Below are positions 1 to 13,241 of a DNA stretch of 64,000 nucleotides, piece by piece (within the stretch, counting starts at the first letter, position 1; the number at the start of each line of letters is the position of its first letter). The notes beneath the pieces are model-generated. The model was not told the origin of the DNA, did not search any database, and saw only the letters and a list, made by a program, of their open reading frames with translations. Location of the stretch: positions 14,632,001-14,696,000 of the forward strand of contig OX597836.1 in NCBI GenBank assembly GCA_951406725.2, read 5' to 3'. The DNA is from Octopus vulgaris. Its lineage: Eukaryota. Both the position numbers and the translations under genes were made by a program.

Positions 1-274
1 AGTAAAAGAGTAAAAGAGAGTATATTGCGTTATAAAAACCCGTTGGGTAGCAAAAGTCGAGGGCTGCCCGTGGAACATTTTCTGACCAACATGCTCTTAT
101 TAGTATTAACTAATTAGTTTTTATTAGTATTAGTATTAACTAAATCTGTTTCGAGTTCTGCATTTAATAACTAATTGTTTTGCGGTCTCTCTATAATTCT
201 ACACGACTCCACGGTAAGTTATAGATACACACACGCATATACATACATATATATGCGTATATATTTATATATAT

Positions 275-318
<44 letters not shown>

Positions 319-439
319 CGTATGCATGCATATGTATATGTATATATATATATATATGTAAATGTATGTATGTATATATATACACACACCCAAAGTGTCA
401 GTAAAATTTAACTATTTAAAATAGTTATAAATAATCTTT

Positions 440-667
440 ATTCTTTTACTTGTTTCCGTCATTTGACTGTGGCCATGCTGGAGCACCGCCTTTAGTCGAG
501 CAAATCGACTCCAGGACTTATTCTTTGTAAGCTTAGTACTTATTCTATCGGTTTCTTTTTGTCGAACTGCCAAGTTACGGGGACGTAATCACACCAGCAT
601 CGGTTGTCAAGTGATGTTGGTGAGGACGAACACAGACACACACACATATACTCACACATACATATAT

Positions 668-721
<54 letters not shown>

Positions 722-882
722 CGGGCTTCTTTCAGTTTCCGTTTACCAAATCCACTCACAAGGCATTGGTCGGCCCGGGGCTATAGCATAAGACAGTTGC
801 CCACGGTGCCACGCAGTGGGACTGAACCCGGAACCATGTAGTTCGTAAGCAAGCTACTTACCACACAGCCACTCCTGCGCCT
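440..882 (-). mobile_element. SINE family A (tRNA-derived head, internal (TA)n/(CA)n, conserved 3' tail), full length
   Basis: Head GGCGCAGGAGTGGCTGTGTGGTAAG (A box) ... GGTTCAGTCCC (B box). Tail ...GGCGGTGCTCCAGCATGGCCACAGTCAAATGAC.GAAACAAGTAAAAGA. Many copies in the window. Confidence 0.9.
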
Positions 883-967
883 ATTAATTGTAATCTCTTT
901 TTCCCGAAATTTCTTTGAAGTATAAGAATTTAATCTGTAATTGTAATGTTGTTGTTGTTGTGTGTGA

Positions 968-1351
968 ATGCTTGAATGCCAACTTTTACCGGGAGATGGT
1001 TGGGTCATTGTGGTTCGCATGTGTGAGCAGCCGGGAGCCACGGCTTTAACACGGTGTGGCTTCTATCTTCGAAGTCAGTTAAAGGGACAAGTCTGCTCTA
1101 CACATCCAAAGATTTGGGAAGAATACGTGGAGTTAGATCGGCCATCTCACAAGAGTTCCAGATGAATTCAGTTGACGCAGTCCTTGGACAACTCAAGAAG
1201 CTGGCAGCGACATCTGGAGCCCTAATCGAATTTTAAAAACTTCATACTAAAATCTTTCCTCCCACATACATTTTTGATTTTGTAAAAATTACAATTAATA
1301 GATAATCTAAGAGTATCTCAAAATTGGTGGTCAAGTTTCAAACACCCTCTA
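968..1351 (+). pseudogene. Decayed Tc1/mariner-superfamily transposase C-terminus plus probable right TIR end
   Basis: Frameshifted translation FTGRWLGHCGSHV*AAGSH / LTRCGFYLRSQLKGQV ... SGALIEF resembles the motif FPGRWIGR.G...WP.RSPDLTP.DFFLWG.LK..VY ... GGHIE. Ends in CACCCTCTA, similar to CACCCTG|TA termini. Confidence 0.65.
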
Positions 1352-1356
1352 GATGC

Positions 1357-1387
<31 letters not shown>

Positions 1388-1477
1388 TATGTATATGTAT
1401 ATATTCATATATAGATGTATATATATATATATATTCATATATATAGATGTATATATACCTACATATATATATATATG

Positions 1478-1508
<31 letters not shown>

Positions 1509-1576
1509 ATGTATGTGTATATATATATATATATATATTTATATATACATATAATATATGCATTCATATATACACT

Positions 1577-1616
<40 letters not shown>

Positions 1617-1678
1617 TAGATAGATAGATATATACATATATATATATATATCATACATATATATACATACATATATAC

Positions 1679-1735
<57 letters not shown>

Positions 1736-1746
1736 ATATGTATGTG

Positions 1747-1821
<75 letters not shown>

Positions 1822-1876
1822 TTATAAATTTTTTCAGGATTAAACAAAAAGACAACAAACGGAAATTACGACATAC

Positions 1877-1931
<55 letters not shown>

Positions 1932-1984
1932 ATGTTACATAATATTGAGGTCTCTTTCTTTCTTTTGTTATCTTACCGTTTTAT

Positions 1985-2023
<39 letters not shown>

Positions 2024-2109
2024 GCAGAAATTCAACAAAACCTGTTACTCGGAGTTTCACATTCCCGTTCGTCGAATTTGTTGAATTTCTGCTGCTTTTA
2101 AATAAAGTG

Positions 2110-2140
<31 letters not shown>

Positions 2141-2221
2141 TATATTTCCTGAGCGCCATACTAATACAATTGTTTGTTTGTTTTCCACCTGCCTTCGTCT
2201 TTTGTCTATTTCATAAAGCTT

Positions 2222-2290
<69 letters not shown>

Positions 2291-2309
2291 CATACATAAA
2301 CACACACAC

Positions 2310-2430
2310 ATACGATGGGCTTCTTTCAGTTTCCGGCTACCAAGTCCACTCACAAGGCTTTAGTAAGCCCGAGGCTATAGTAGAAGACACTTACCCAAGG
2401 TGTCGAGCAGGACTGACCCTGGGGCCATGA
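2310..2430 (-). mobile_element. SINE family A partial copy
   Basis: Matches the family A segment GGGCTTCTTTCAGTTTCCG.CTACCAA.TCCACTCACAAGGCTT...GAAGACACTT.CCCAAGG. Confidence 0.75.
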
Positions 2431-2609
2431 GAGAATATGTACCAACGTTTAAAAAAATAAATAAATACCATGATCGATTCGTTCGACCAAATTTCTCAAG
2501 ACGGTGCCCCAGCATGGCCGCAATTTGGTGACTGAAACAAGTTAAAAAGTAAATACATAGCAGATATATATATATTTATATATATATTTATATATATATA
2601 TATATATTA

Positions 2610-2828
2610 CATCGGTTTCAGATTTTGACACAAGGTCTACAATTTTAGAGAAAGGTGTAAGTCGATTACATCGACCCCAGTGTACAACTGGTACTTATTA
2701 TATCGAACCCGAAAGGATGAAAGGCAAAGTTGGTCACGGCGGAATTTGAACTCAGAACATAAAGATGGACGAAATGCCGCTAAGCATTTTGTCCGGCGTG
2801 CTAACGATTCTGCCAACTCGCCGCCTTA
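2610..2828 (-). mobile_element. SINE family B head with alternative tail
   Basis: Minus strand GGCGGCGAGTTGGCAGAATCGTTAGCACGCCGG...GAGTTCAAATTCCGCC...CTTTGCCTTTCATCCTTTCGGG, with tail ...CCTTGTGTCAAAATCTGAAACC. Confidence 0.8.
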
Positions 2829-2959
2829 CATAGATATTATATCAGTATTAGATTTCTTAAATGACAACAAAAACCAAAGTCATTTACTGATGAAAGCATT
2901 CAATTAGATTTAATTTTATATAAAGAATATATAATTTCCCGTTTCCAGGCCGTCTCAGA

Positions 2960-3085
2960 CATACACACACACACACACACACACGTAAGCAGATAGACAA
3001 ACCGACCGACCGACAGATAGACAGATAAATAGGTAGATAGGTAGGTAGGTAGGTAGGTAGGTAGGTAGGTAGGTAGGTAGGTAGG

Positions 3086-3159
<74 letters not shown>

Positions 3160-3228
3160 AACAGACAGACTGATAGATAGATGGATGGATGGATGGATGG
3201 ATGTATGGATAGATAGATAGATAGGTAC

Positions 3229-3264
<36 letters not shown>

Positions 3265-3302
3265 CATACAGACAGTTAGATAGATGGATGGATGGATGGA
3301 TG

Positions 3303-3388
<86 letters not shown>

Positions 3389-3457
3389 GAGATAGAGAGA
3401 GATAGAGAGACAGACACAGACAAACTGACTGATAGATCGACAGAAACATACATACAT

Positions 3458-3514
<57 letters not shown>

Positions 3515-3531
3515 TAGATAGATAGGCAGAG

Positions 3532-3614
<83 letters not shown>

Positions 3615-3655
3615 GGTGAAGGTAGGTAGACAGATAACATACAGACATACACACA
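2960..3655. repeat. Compound tetranucleotide microsatellite (AGAT/AGAC/AGGT/GGAT)n
   Basis: Directly visible tandem arrays. Similar arrays at 38215-38750. Confidence 0.95.
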
Positions 3656-4387
3656 CCGCTTATGAAATATTTCAAAACAGTCGCACCAGCTTTCCTAATT
3701 TACTCCGCCATAGATAGATGCAATAATTCGGTTACAAGGCAATTTTAAGGGGAGGGGCAAATCGATTGCACCGACCATCATTACTTGACACATACGTATT
3801 TTATCAATATCGAAAGGACGAAAGGCTAAGTCGACAGTACATGTTCCAAAAGACAATATTACATCTACAAGTTCCAAAGAAATTTCGATGTTTACCAAGA
3901 AATCTGGGTACATGAGAAATTGGGGACGGGTGATGGTGGTAGGGGTGATTAAAAGGTCCCTTAAATACAACCAGTGTCCAGAATAATAGAGGAGCGCTAC
4001 TTAGGCCGGACCAGTGTGAGACCCAGTGATTTCGTGTTACCCGCAGTACGTACGACAACATGCCGACGCTTTCCCGACCGTCGGAGCCCCGCCGACCTTA
4101 ACATTGCATTGCGTTAGTATTCCCAAGCACTCGGACCATATGGAGATGCTTCTCGTCCAGGGTCACCTACCTTTCAATAAGTTCACTAGTGGGCAGCACC
4201 TACCTGTTCAATTAAACGTGTCGCCTTGTTCAATGAAATAAAATGAAGTTAAGATCTTCATAAATACATACATACATACATATATAAATATATACATACA
4301 TACATATATATATATGCATGTATGTATGTATGTATATATATGTATATATATGCATGTATATATATATATATATGTATATATACATAC

Positions 4388-4420
<33 letters not shown>

Positions 4421-4775
4421 ATTATGTATGTATGTATGTATGTATGTATGTATATATATGTAAATATATTTTCGGTTTTTAGCTTAATGTTTGCATTACG
4501 ATAGTTTCGACATCTGGTTGTCTTCGGGCGCGGTTTAAATGGATATAATTTTAAAACATGAAAGTGTGCACTCAAATTTTTGTATTGAGTACTACAGATG
4601 AAAGTAATTCATTTCGATCGTGCCATAGCTTTAGTTGAAATCAATACATGAAATATCATACAATACAATATAATATAATAAAAAAATAACCTAATATAAT
4701 ACAATATAAATATGATATAATATAATGTAATATTTTATATATATATATGCACACACACATATATGAAAAGGTTTT

Positions 4776-4781
4776 ACTTAC
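4776..4781 (-). other. 5' splice donor of DMRT intron 1
   Basis: Minus strand reads AGCCCCG|GTAAGTAAAAC, a consensus GTAAGT donor. Low-complexity intron-like sequence follows. Confidence 0.85.
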
Positions 4782-5404
4782 CGGGGCTCTCACCGTTCAT
4801 AGCACTGTCAGGGTTACTAAAAACAGGACTGCTGGAATATGGGTTTGTAATGTGATTTCCTGCACCGACGGCTCCGCCGTGCCCGCCTCCGGGGCCTCCA
4901 ACGCCACCGCCTCCTCCTCCGCCACCACCACCACCGCCACCACCGCCACCGCCGCCACCGCCGCCGCCGCCGCCGCATCGCATATCGCTTGATGGCGTCG
5001 TGCTAGTTGTGGTAACCCCTGGCGATCCTGCCGAATTCGTCGAAGACGTTCCGCCGGGGAAAATATTCATGCTGTCCGGATTGATGGTGAGCAGACCGTT
5101 CGGTCCGTATAGCAAGCCTAGTTCCCTAGCTTCGTTCTCCTCCTGGGCTTGCTGGCGCCGCAGCGCCACCTGGGCCGCCATCACACGCTGGCGTTCGGCT
5201 ATCAGGGTGCACTTTGCGCACACACAGTCCCTCCAGCGGCAGTAGCGCTTGTGGCCTTTCAGGGCGGACACGACTCCGTGGTTCCTGCAACGGGCACATT
5301 TCGGCGTGCGCGGATAACGATCGGCCGCTCGGATGAATATCGGGGTAGCCGTCGTCGTGGTGGCGCTTGTGTGTTGCTGCTGTTGCTGTTGCTGTTGTTG
5401 TTGC

Positions 5405-5435
<31 letters not shown>

Positions 5436-5562
5436 GCTGAGGAGGGCCACCCGCCGATGTTCCTCCGCTCAACGTTCCAACGGGACTATGAATGCCCACA
5501 CTCGCAACTGTGGAAATCTCCGATGACACTCTCGGACGTTCTTCGTCCGACGAAGTACTCAT
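4782..5562 (-). CDS. DMRTA2: First coding exon of a doublesex/mab-3 (DM-domain) transcription factor, DMRTA2/Dmrt99B (Dmrt4/5) class; gene continues beyond an intron toward lower coordinates
   Basis: ORF 4774..5562 contains [70 protein letters not shown], a DM domain plus the C-terminal extension typical of the DMRTA/Dmrt99B class. Strong donor CCG|GTAAGT at 4782/4781 (phase 1), just before the ORF stop. No DMA-domain exon was found in 1-4780. The symbol denotes the class; one-to-one orthology is untested. Confidence 0.93.
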
Positions 5563-5639
5563 GCTTTCCCACTTCTGAACTGTTTCTTATTTTGTTGTTG
5601 TTGTTGTTCTTGTTCTTGTTGCTGCTGTCTTGCTGTTGT

Positions 5640-5762
5640 TGTTGTTCTTGATACAGTTGGTATTATTATTATTATTATTATTGTTTTTATTGCCGTTGTT
5701 GTTGTTCTTGATACAGTTGGTATTATTATTATTATTATTGTTGTTTTTATTGCCGTTGTTGT
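5640..5762. repeat. ~60 bp tandem duplication immediately upstream of the DMRT ATG
   Basis: TTGTTCTTGATACAGTTGGTATTATTATT...TTGTTTTTATTGCCGTTGTT occurs twice, 60 bp apart. Confidence 0.85.
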
Positions 5763-7659
5763 TCTTCTTCTTCTTCTTGTTGCTAATCCATGTTATTCCT
5801 GTAGAAGTTCTTGGTCAAAATAGTTACTCCCTTATTTCTTATGTATATTTTTTGCCATTAAAAAATACTGTTTGTTATTGTAGTTAATCTCTCTTCCTCT
5901 CTCTCTCTCTCCTTCTTCTTACTGTTATTGTTGTGATGGTGGTGGTAGTAGTAGAAGTAGAAGTAGTAGTAGTGGTGGTGGTGGTGGTGGTGGTGGTGGT
6001 GGTGGTGGTTCTTGTTGTTCTTGTTGTTGTTGTCGATGATACAGTAGCTGGTGGTCGTTTGAAGAAAGGAAGGTGGGATAAGATGAAACGTGATGCGATG
6101 ATGTGTTGATGGATGAACGATACTGTTGCCGATCTGTCGGTCGGTCGGTGGGTGGGTGGGGCGAATGTGGAGGTTGAGTGTTTGGGGTGAAGAAAGGGTG
6201 GCGGCGGCGGTGGGGTGGTGGTGGGGGAGCAATAACATCGATGATACTGACGATGGCGACGACGACGACGACGATGATGACGATGACGGCGACGATGATA
6301 ATGATGACGATGACGACGACGACGACGACGACGAAGGCTATTATGAAACGATGGTGATGACGATAATGATGATGATGATGATGATGATGATGACGATGAT
6401 GATGATGATGATGATGACGATGACAACGCCAAAAGTGCTTTAGAACAGGAATTCGCTAGATCGAAAGTGAGTCGATAAATATATATATATATATAATACT
6501 ATATTATATTAATATATATATAATACTATATTATATTAATATATATATAATACTATATTATATTAATAGTTTTTTTTTCTCTCGGTGTAAATTTATATGT
6601 ATGTATATATATGTCATACACATACATCTATAGATCCATGTTTAAAAATATATTTTGTTTATATACATAACCATGCATACACTCACATGCATGTTTCTAC
6701 ATATATATACATGTGTTTATATATATATTATATATTCTCCCACAGAATTCGTAAGTGTAGTCTCCATTCATCGATATGTATACATAAGAATCAATACATC
6801 CATTTGTATTTTGTCGTTAAATGTATATATGTATATATATATATATGTGTGTGTGTGTGTATATATAATCACAAGGTGCGTACATCCATATTGTGTATAT
6901 TACAATTATATACGTAGATACAACAGATCATATGTGAATAATTTCAATAGTATATACATGCTCTCCGGGACGTCAATTTTATATCTGTATACGTGTGTAT
7001 ATACGTGTGTATATACGTATGTGTGTGTACGTGAGTGAGCGTATGTTCAATCGAACGTAATGCGTGTATAATATTTTCATGAATTCATGTATAATATTTT
7101 CATTCATAATTACAATTGCCCGTAAATATAGACGTATATATGTAGTATATGTACATGCATATATATATGTTGTATATGTATATGTATATAAACGTATATA
7201 TGTAGTATAAGTATATGTATGTATATGTATATATATATGTGTGTGTGTAAGTATGCTTATATGTAAGGTGTGTGTATATTAAACACTGACTGAAGCTTCA
7301 TATAGTTACAAATTCACTCTTGTATGGAAACATTTGTAAATATATCCGTGCGTGTATATACGTATATATGTGTATATACATGTATATATAAATGCGAAGA
7401 TACACTCTGATACGTACATTCAGACATTCATTCATTCATACATCCGTACTTTAAAAAAAAAACTCTACATACAGTTACATAAATAGATGTGTATATACAT
7501 ATATATATAATGTATGTTTTGTATCAAATCTTGCCTTCGCTTCTGTGTAACATTCGATTTAAACGGTTTTTTTTTCTTTCTTTCTTTTTTTCTTCGTAAA
7601 ACGAAAGAAAAGAAAAGAAAAGAAGAGAAGAGAGTAACTGTTAAAGAGATGAGGAGGGG

Positions 7660-7772
7660 GTAGGAGGAAAGAGTAACAGTCTGATAGAGGAGGGGAGGAG
7701 GAAAGGTAACAGTCGTCCGATAGAAGTGGGGGGAGGAAAGGGTAACTGTTGTCCGAGAGAAGTGGGAGAGGG
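7660..7772. repeat. Degenerate ~33 bp purine-rich minisatellite (3 units)
   Basis: GAGGAAA(G)(A/G)GTAAC(A/T)GT...GA(T/G)AGA(A/G)G.GGG repeated three times. Confidence 0.6.
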
Positions 7773-8119
7773 GATGCGAAGGGTGACAGACCAATAGAAG
7801 TGGGGGGAGGACGAAGGGGAGTAAAGGAAGTTTATGAGAGTGAGGGGAGGAGGTGATTAAGAAAGGAGAAAAAGCCGAAAAGAGGCGGGGAAATTATATC
7901 TGGCTACGTGTATGAAATGAGTGTGTGCGTATGTATTTCTGTATGTGTGTGTGTGAGAGAGAGAGAGAGAGACAGAGTGAGAGACTGTGTGTATGTGAGT
8001 GTGCGTGTACAGTATGTGTATGTGTGTGAGAGAGACTGTTAGTAAATGTGTGTGTGTGTGTGTGTGTAGTGAGTGACTGTATCGATATTTGCATATCTCT
8101 CTCTCTTTCTTTCTCTTTT

Positions 8120-8489
8120 AATTGTTTGACTGTGGCCATGCTGGAGCACCGCCTTTAGTCGAGCAAATCGACCCCACGACTTATTCTTTGTAACCCTACT
8201 ACTTATTCTATCGGTCTCTTTTGCCGAACCGCTAAGTTACGGGGACGTAAACACACCAACATCGGTTGTCAAGCACATACACAAACATACACACACACAC
8301 ACATATATATATATATACATATATGCGACGGGCTTCTTTCAGTTTCCGTCTACCAAATCCACTCACAAGGCTTTGGTCGACCCGAGGCTATAGTAGAAGA
8401 CACTTGCCCAAGGTGCCACGCAGCGGGACTGAACCCGGAACCATGTGGTTCATAAGCAAGCTACTTACCACACAGTCACTCCCGCGCCT
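8120..8489 (-). mobile_element. SINE family A, near full length
   Basis: Head and tail both match the 440-882 copy. Confidence 0.9.
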
Positions 8490-8518
8490 ATATATATATA
8501 TATGTATATATATATATG

Positions 8519-8549
<31 letters not shown>

Positions 8550-8936
8550 GTATATATATATATTGGTTTATTTATACAGTTTATACACACATGTGTGAAT
8601 GTGTGTATTTATGTATGTGTGCGAGTGTGCATAATGTGTGTGTGTAAGTGTGCGCACGTGTATGCTTGGGTTTAATTGCGTTGTGCGTAAGAACGTATGC
8701 AAATATGTTGTACGTGTGTGTGTGTGTTTATGTATGTGTGTGTGTGTGTGTGTGCAACACGAGTGCGTATGTATGTATGTATGTATGTGTGTATGTATGT
8801 ATGTATGTATACATGCATGTATGTATGTATGTGTGTGTGTGTGTAGTAATTAATATTTAAGCATATCTTTATTTATACATGCATAATTATCCGTTTGTCT
8901 ATGCATAGGTGGTGTGCACGCAAGCGCACGCACTCA

Positions 8937-8974
<38 letters not shown>

Positions 8975-9078
8975 CAGCTCGATGTCTGTGTATGTATGTG
9001 CGTTAGTATGTATGTGTGTGCGTGTGTGCCGGTAACGACAGAGAGCACTCACTTAATTCTGTGTATATGTATGCATAT

Positions 9079-9117
<39 letters not shown>

Positions 9118-9236
9118 ATATATTCTTTTATTCTTTTATACGTTTCAGCCCTAAAGCTGGGGCCATGCTGCAGCACTGGCAGTGATGTACGTTCGCATAT
9201 TACGTTATATGTATGCGTGAGTGCTTGTGTGTGTGA

Positions 9237-9280
<44 letters not shown>

Positions 9281-9802
9281 TATAGGTTTGTGTGTTTAAC
9301 GTCACGTGTACGGAGAGTAATGATTGCGTATCTCGGTCAATGTATTATGGCCCAGCAAGTATGTATGTATGTATGTATGTATGTATGAATGTGTATGTAT
9401 ATGTATGTGTTTATATGTGTGTGTATGTATGTATATATATGTATAATGTATGTATGTATATATGTATGTATGTATGTATATATATGTATATATGTATGTA
9501 TGTATATATGTATGTATGTATGTATGCATGTATAAACGTATGTATGTATGTATAAATGTATGTATATATGTATGCATATATGTATGTACGTATGTATGTA
9601 TACTTATGTATGTATGTATATATGTATGTATGTGTGTATGTATGTATCAGGGGTGTATATTCCGAGTGTGCTAGGTGTGCGCTGCACACCTGTCAAAATT
9701 GTCAAATTCATTATAAATATTACTCTTACTCATTAATTTAATCACAAATCTTAGTTATGCTCCTGTGGCAGCACACACAGAACAACAACCACCGTAAGCC
9801 AC

Positions 9803-10108
9803 TGGAGGCACATGGCCTAGTGGTTAGAGCAGCGGACTCGCTGTTGACGGATCGCGAGTTTGAATCTGAGACCGGGCGATGTGTGTGTTTATGAGCGAAA
9901 CACCTAATCTCCACGCGGCTCCGGCAGAAGGTAATTGCGAACTTCTTTCTTCAGACTCTTTGGCCACAACTTTCTCTCACTCTTTGCTCCTGCATCTTGC
10001 AGCTCACCTGCGACGGACCGGCGTCCCGTCCAGGTGGGGAACCTATTGCCAAGGAAACCGGGAAAAACCGGTCCTTATGGCCCAGACATTGCTCGAGAAA
10101 GAACAAAC
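9803..10108 (+). mobile_element. tRNA-derived SINE, head C + tail 1
   Basis: TGGCCTAGTGGTTAGAGCAGCGGACTCG (A box), GTTTGAATC (B box), then tail GCTCACCTGCGACGGACCGGCGTCCCGTCCAGGTGGGG...GAAACCGGG. Same element at 26448-26738. Confidence 0.85.
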
Positions 10109-10211
10109 TTCATATACGTCACTGGTATGATGTATATATGCGCGTAAGTGTGTGCGTAAGCTCAATATTTGAGGATATGTAGCATGTATGTGTAAGAGTG
10201 TGTTTATAAAG

Positions 10212-10414
10212 CGTGGCTGTGTGGTAAGCAGTTTGCTTTCCAACCACATAGTCCCGGGTTCAGTCCAACTGTGTAGCACCTTCGGCAAATGTCTTCTACT
10301 ATAGCCTCGGGCCGACCAAAGCCTTGAGAGTGGATATGATTGACGGAATATGAAAGAAGCCGTCATGTATATATATGTGTGTGTGTATATATGTATATAT
10401 ACATATATATATGC

Positions 10415-10472
<58 letters not shown>

Positions 10473-10742
10473 ATGTATGTATGTATGTATGTATGTATGT
10501 ATGTAGGTATGTATTTATGTGTGTCTTTGTGTCTGTGTTTGAACCCCCTGCACCAAGGCTTGAAAACCGGTGTTGGTGTGTATACGTCCCTGTAACTTAG
10601 CGAATCGGCAAGGTAGACCGTTAAAATAAATACTAGGCTTACAAAGAATAAATGCTGGAGTCGATTTCTTCGACTAAAACTCTTTAAAGTAGTGCTCCAT
10701 CATGGCCACAATCAAATGACTGAAACGTGTAAAAGAATAAAT
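10212..10742 (+). mobile_element. SINE family A, diverged full-length copy with expanded internal microsatellite
   Basis: Head at 10212-10365, then (GT)n/(GTAT)n, then tail to ...GACTGAAACGTGTAAAAGAATAA. Confidence 0.8.
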
Positions 10743-10782
10743 GAATGTGTGTGTATGTGTGTGTGTCTCTCTCTGTCTTTTA

Positions 10783-11052
10783 TCTTTTGTTTCAGTCATT
10801 AGACTGCGGCCATACAGGAGCACGGCCTTGAAGAATTTTAGTCGAACTAATAGACCCCAGTACTTATATTTTGAATAAGTCTCTTTTGCCGAACCGTTAA
10901 GTTATGTGGACGTAAACACACCAACACCGGTTGTCAAGCATTGGTGAGGGGACAAACGCAGACACAAAAACACACACATAGATACGGCAGGATTCTTTCA
11001 GTTTCCCTCTACCAAATCCACACACAAGGCTTTGGTCCGACCCAAGGCTATA
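10783..11052 (-). mobile_element. SINE family A, 5'-truncated copy
   Basis: Tail and part of head match family A. Confidence 0.75.
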
Positions 11053-11184
11053 ATATAGTACGTGTGTGTGTGTGTATGGATGTATCTAGTAAACAAACCA
11101 CCGCCAACGCTGCGGCATCACTGACGTCATCGTTTTGTGCACCATCATCATCATCATCATCGTCGTCGTCATCTTTACAGCCTG

Positions 11185-11225
<41 letters not shown>

Positions 11226-11389
11226 TTTCATTTATGTAATGAGCTGCCAAGACCGTTCGAGCTTTGTACAAAATGTTTGGCAACACTTCTGACTAATTTA
11301 TCCGCTGAGTTCAAATTCCGCCGAAGTCGTAGTCTTTCGTCATTTCGGGAGTAGATAGAATAGAATACACACATACATACATATATATA

Positions 11390-11533
<144 letters not shown>

Positions 11534-11542
11534 ATTATATAT

Positions 11543-11628
11543 ATTATTGTGAATTATAAAAGAGATTTAAAAGCATACCGGTTTCGTAAATTTACTAATC
11601 ATTGCTTTGAATGCACAAAGCACCACAA

Positions 11629-11632
<4 letters not shown>
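11543..11632 (-). mobile_element. ~90 bp PLE-type terminal repeat, copy 1 (second copy 13215-13304)
   Basis: Near-identical direct repeat 1.67 kb apart, carrying a hammerhead-like motif. Confidence 0.7.
11570..11608 (-). ncRNA. Minimal type I hammerhead ribozyme-like motif, A3-U8 core variant
   Basis: Minus strand: AAAGCA [AUGAUUA] GUAAAUUUAC [GAAA] CCGG [UA] UGCUUU. 6-bp stem I, G-C closed stem II, palindromic ACCGGU stem III, GUA site. Confidence 0.7.
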
Positions 11633-11681
<49 letters not shown>

Positions 11682-11684
<3 letters not shown>

Positions 11685-11884
11685 CCGCGTGTGTACCGTT
11701 GGCGATTTTTTTTGCCTCTGTCTTGCCTTCTCTGGATCTTTCCTTCTCCTATGTTTCCGACGAAGAGCTCCGCTCGAAACGTTAAACCCTTCTTCTTTCC
11801 TTCTTTCCTGACAGTCCAATAATACTATATTTGTTCCACGTCCTCGCGTTGTTGTGTTTTCTCTTTGTGTTTTCATGTTTGGAT

Positions 11885-11890
<6 letters not shown>
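11682..11890 (+). mobile_element. ~205 bp PLE-type terminal-repeat element within (TA)n (second copy 18792-19001, minus)
   Basis: Two similar dispersed copies. Contains a CCGACGA-AGAGCTCCGCTC-GAAACGTT hammerhead-like motif. Flanked by (TA)n on both sides. Confidence 0.75.
11753..11787 (+). ncRNA. Minimal hammerhead-like motif (U4C variant of the 18897-18931 motif)
   Basis: GUUU [CCGACGA] A GAGC UCC GCUC [GAAA] CG [UU] AAAC. Confidence 0.55.
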
Positions 11891-11929
<39 letters not shown>

Positions 11930-12389
11930 TATGTATTTTACATTGTGACAATACAAAAATTGCCAGTATAGTCTTGGAATTGTAATATTTCCATTCTACC
12001 ATCAACACATCCACCCGCCACACCAACTTCCGAATATAACGAGTTTATGAAAGTGCAACAACAACAACAAAATGACAAAAGCAACAACAAAAATTGGGAA
12101 AAACCAGCGAAAAATTATATAAAAAACAATAAATATTGAAGCATTATTAACATCAAATAGAACACAAAAATAATGATACTAATTAATGATGATGATGATG
12201 GAGGATGATGATGAGGAGGAGGAGGAGGAGGATTATGATGAGTTTTTGATTTAGGACTTGTTTAATTATGCGTTAATTCTCTGTTGAATATGTTTTTAAT
12301 TGTTTTTTTTTTAATTTATTACTTTTTAAGGATTTGGAAAATAAGAATTATAAAATTACAAATTATCTATCTATCTATCTATCTATCTA

Positions 12390-12449
<60 letters not shown>

Positions 12450-12514
12450 GTCTGTCTGTCTGTTTGTGTATCTATCTACCTATCTTTCTATCTATCTATC
12501 TCTCTCTCTCTCTG

Positions 12515-12547
<33 letters not shown>

Positions 12548-12591
12548 GTGTGTGTACGTGTTTGTATGTGTGTGTGTGTTCCTGCCTCAAA

Positions 12592-12648
12592 GCTTTCACT
12601 CTATACACACCAGGTCAATTTGATGACCTGGTGTGTATAGAAGAAAGC
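12592..12648. repeat. Hairpin/inverted repeat with 18-bp perfect stem
   Basis: TCTATACACACCAGGTCA-ATTTGA-TGACCTGGTGTGTATAGA, extended by GCTTTC/GAAAGC. Confidence 0.85.
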
Positions 12649-12956
12649 CACCTGTTGTTATCGTCTTGTTTGTATTTGTAATTGTGTAACATGTTCTCCG
12701 TTTTTTGTCTTTGTTGTCGTACACATTCGCTTGCTTTCTCGCAAAAAAATATTTTGCTCTTAGCTTAGGCTTTTGGGGGACAACCAGATTTCAACAGTCT
12801 TATTCAATTGTAACTGAACGAAACTGTAAGGACAATCTTGAAACTTGACTGAAGAGAGAAGGCCATGAGATGACTCGTCCTTGTTGTTTTTCCTGTCCGC
12901 CTTTGTAACGTCTATCTGTCCGGATGTTTTATTGTCTTCTATTGCGTTTTTGTTCC

Positions 12957-13040
<84 letters not shown>

Positions 13041-13241
13041 TGTTATATGTTACAAAAAGAAAATAGTAACTACTCGTGGAAATGTAAGGGAAAGTAAGAA
13101 GAAAAATAAGCTAAAATTCATTGGAAATGAAAAAAAGTAAAGGCTTTTTATGAAAAGCAACGATAGATATATACAATTAGATGAACTGAGATAGGAATAA
13201 AAGTAATAAAAGTCATTATTGTGAATTGTTAAAGAGATTTA

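Noticed and set aside
20-216. Possible DNA-transposon end (...CACGACTCCACGGTA)
   Set aside because: No partner TIR in the window and no coding evidence.
3900-4260. Unique GC-richer block inside the DMRT intron, considered as exon 2
   Set aside because: No DMA-domain-like translation was seen on the minus strand. Identity unknown.
9803-9880. tRNA-like sequences with A/B boxes (also 26670-26738, 35711-35785, 48390-48465, 63515-63589)
   Set aside because: They are SINE heads continuing into repeated bodies, and I could not build complete cloverleafs.
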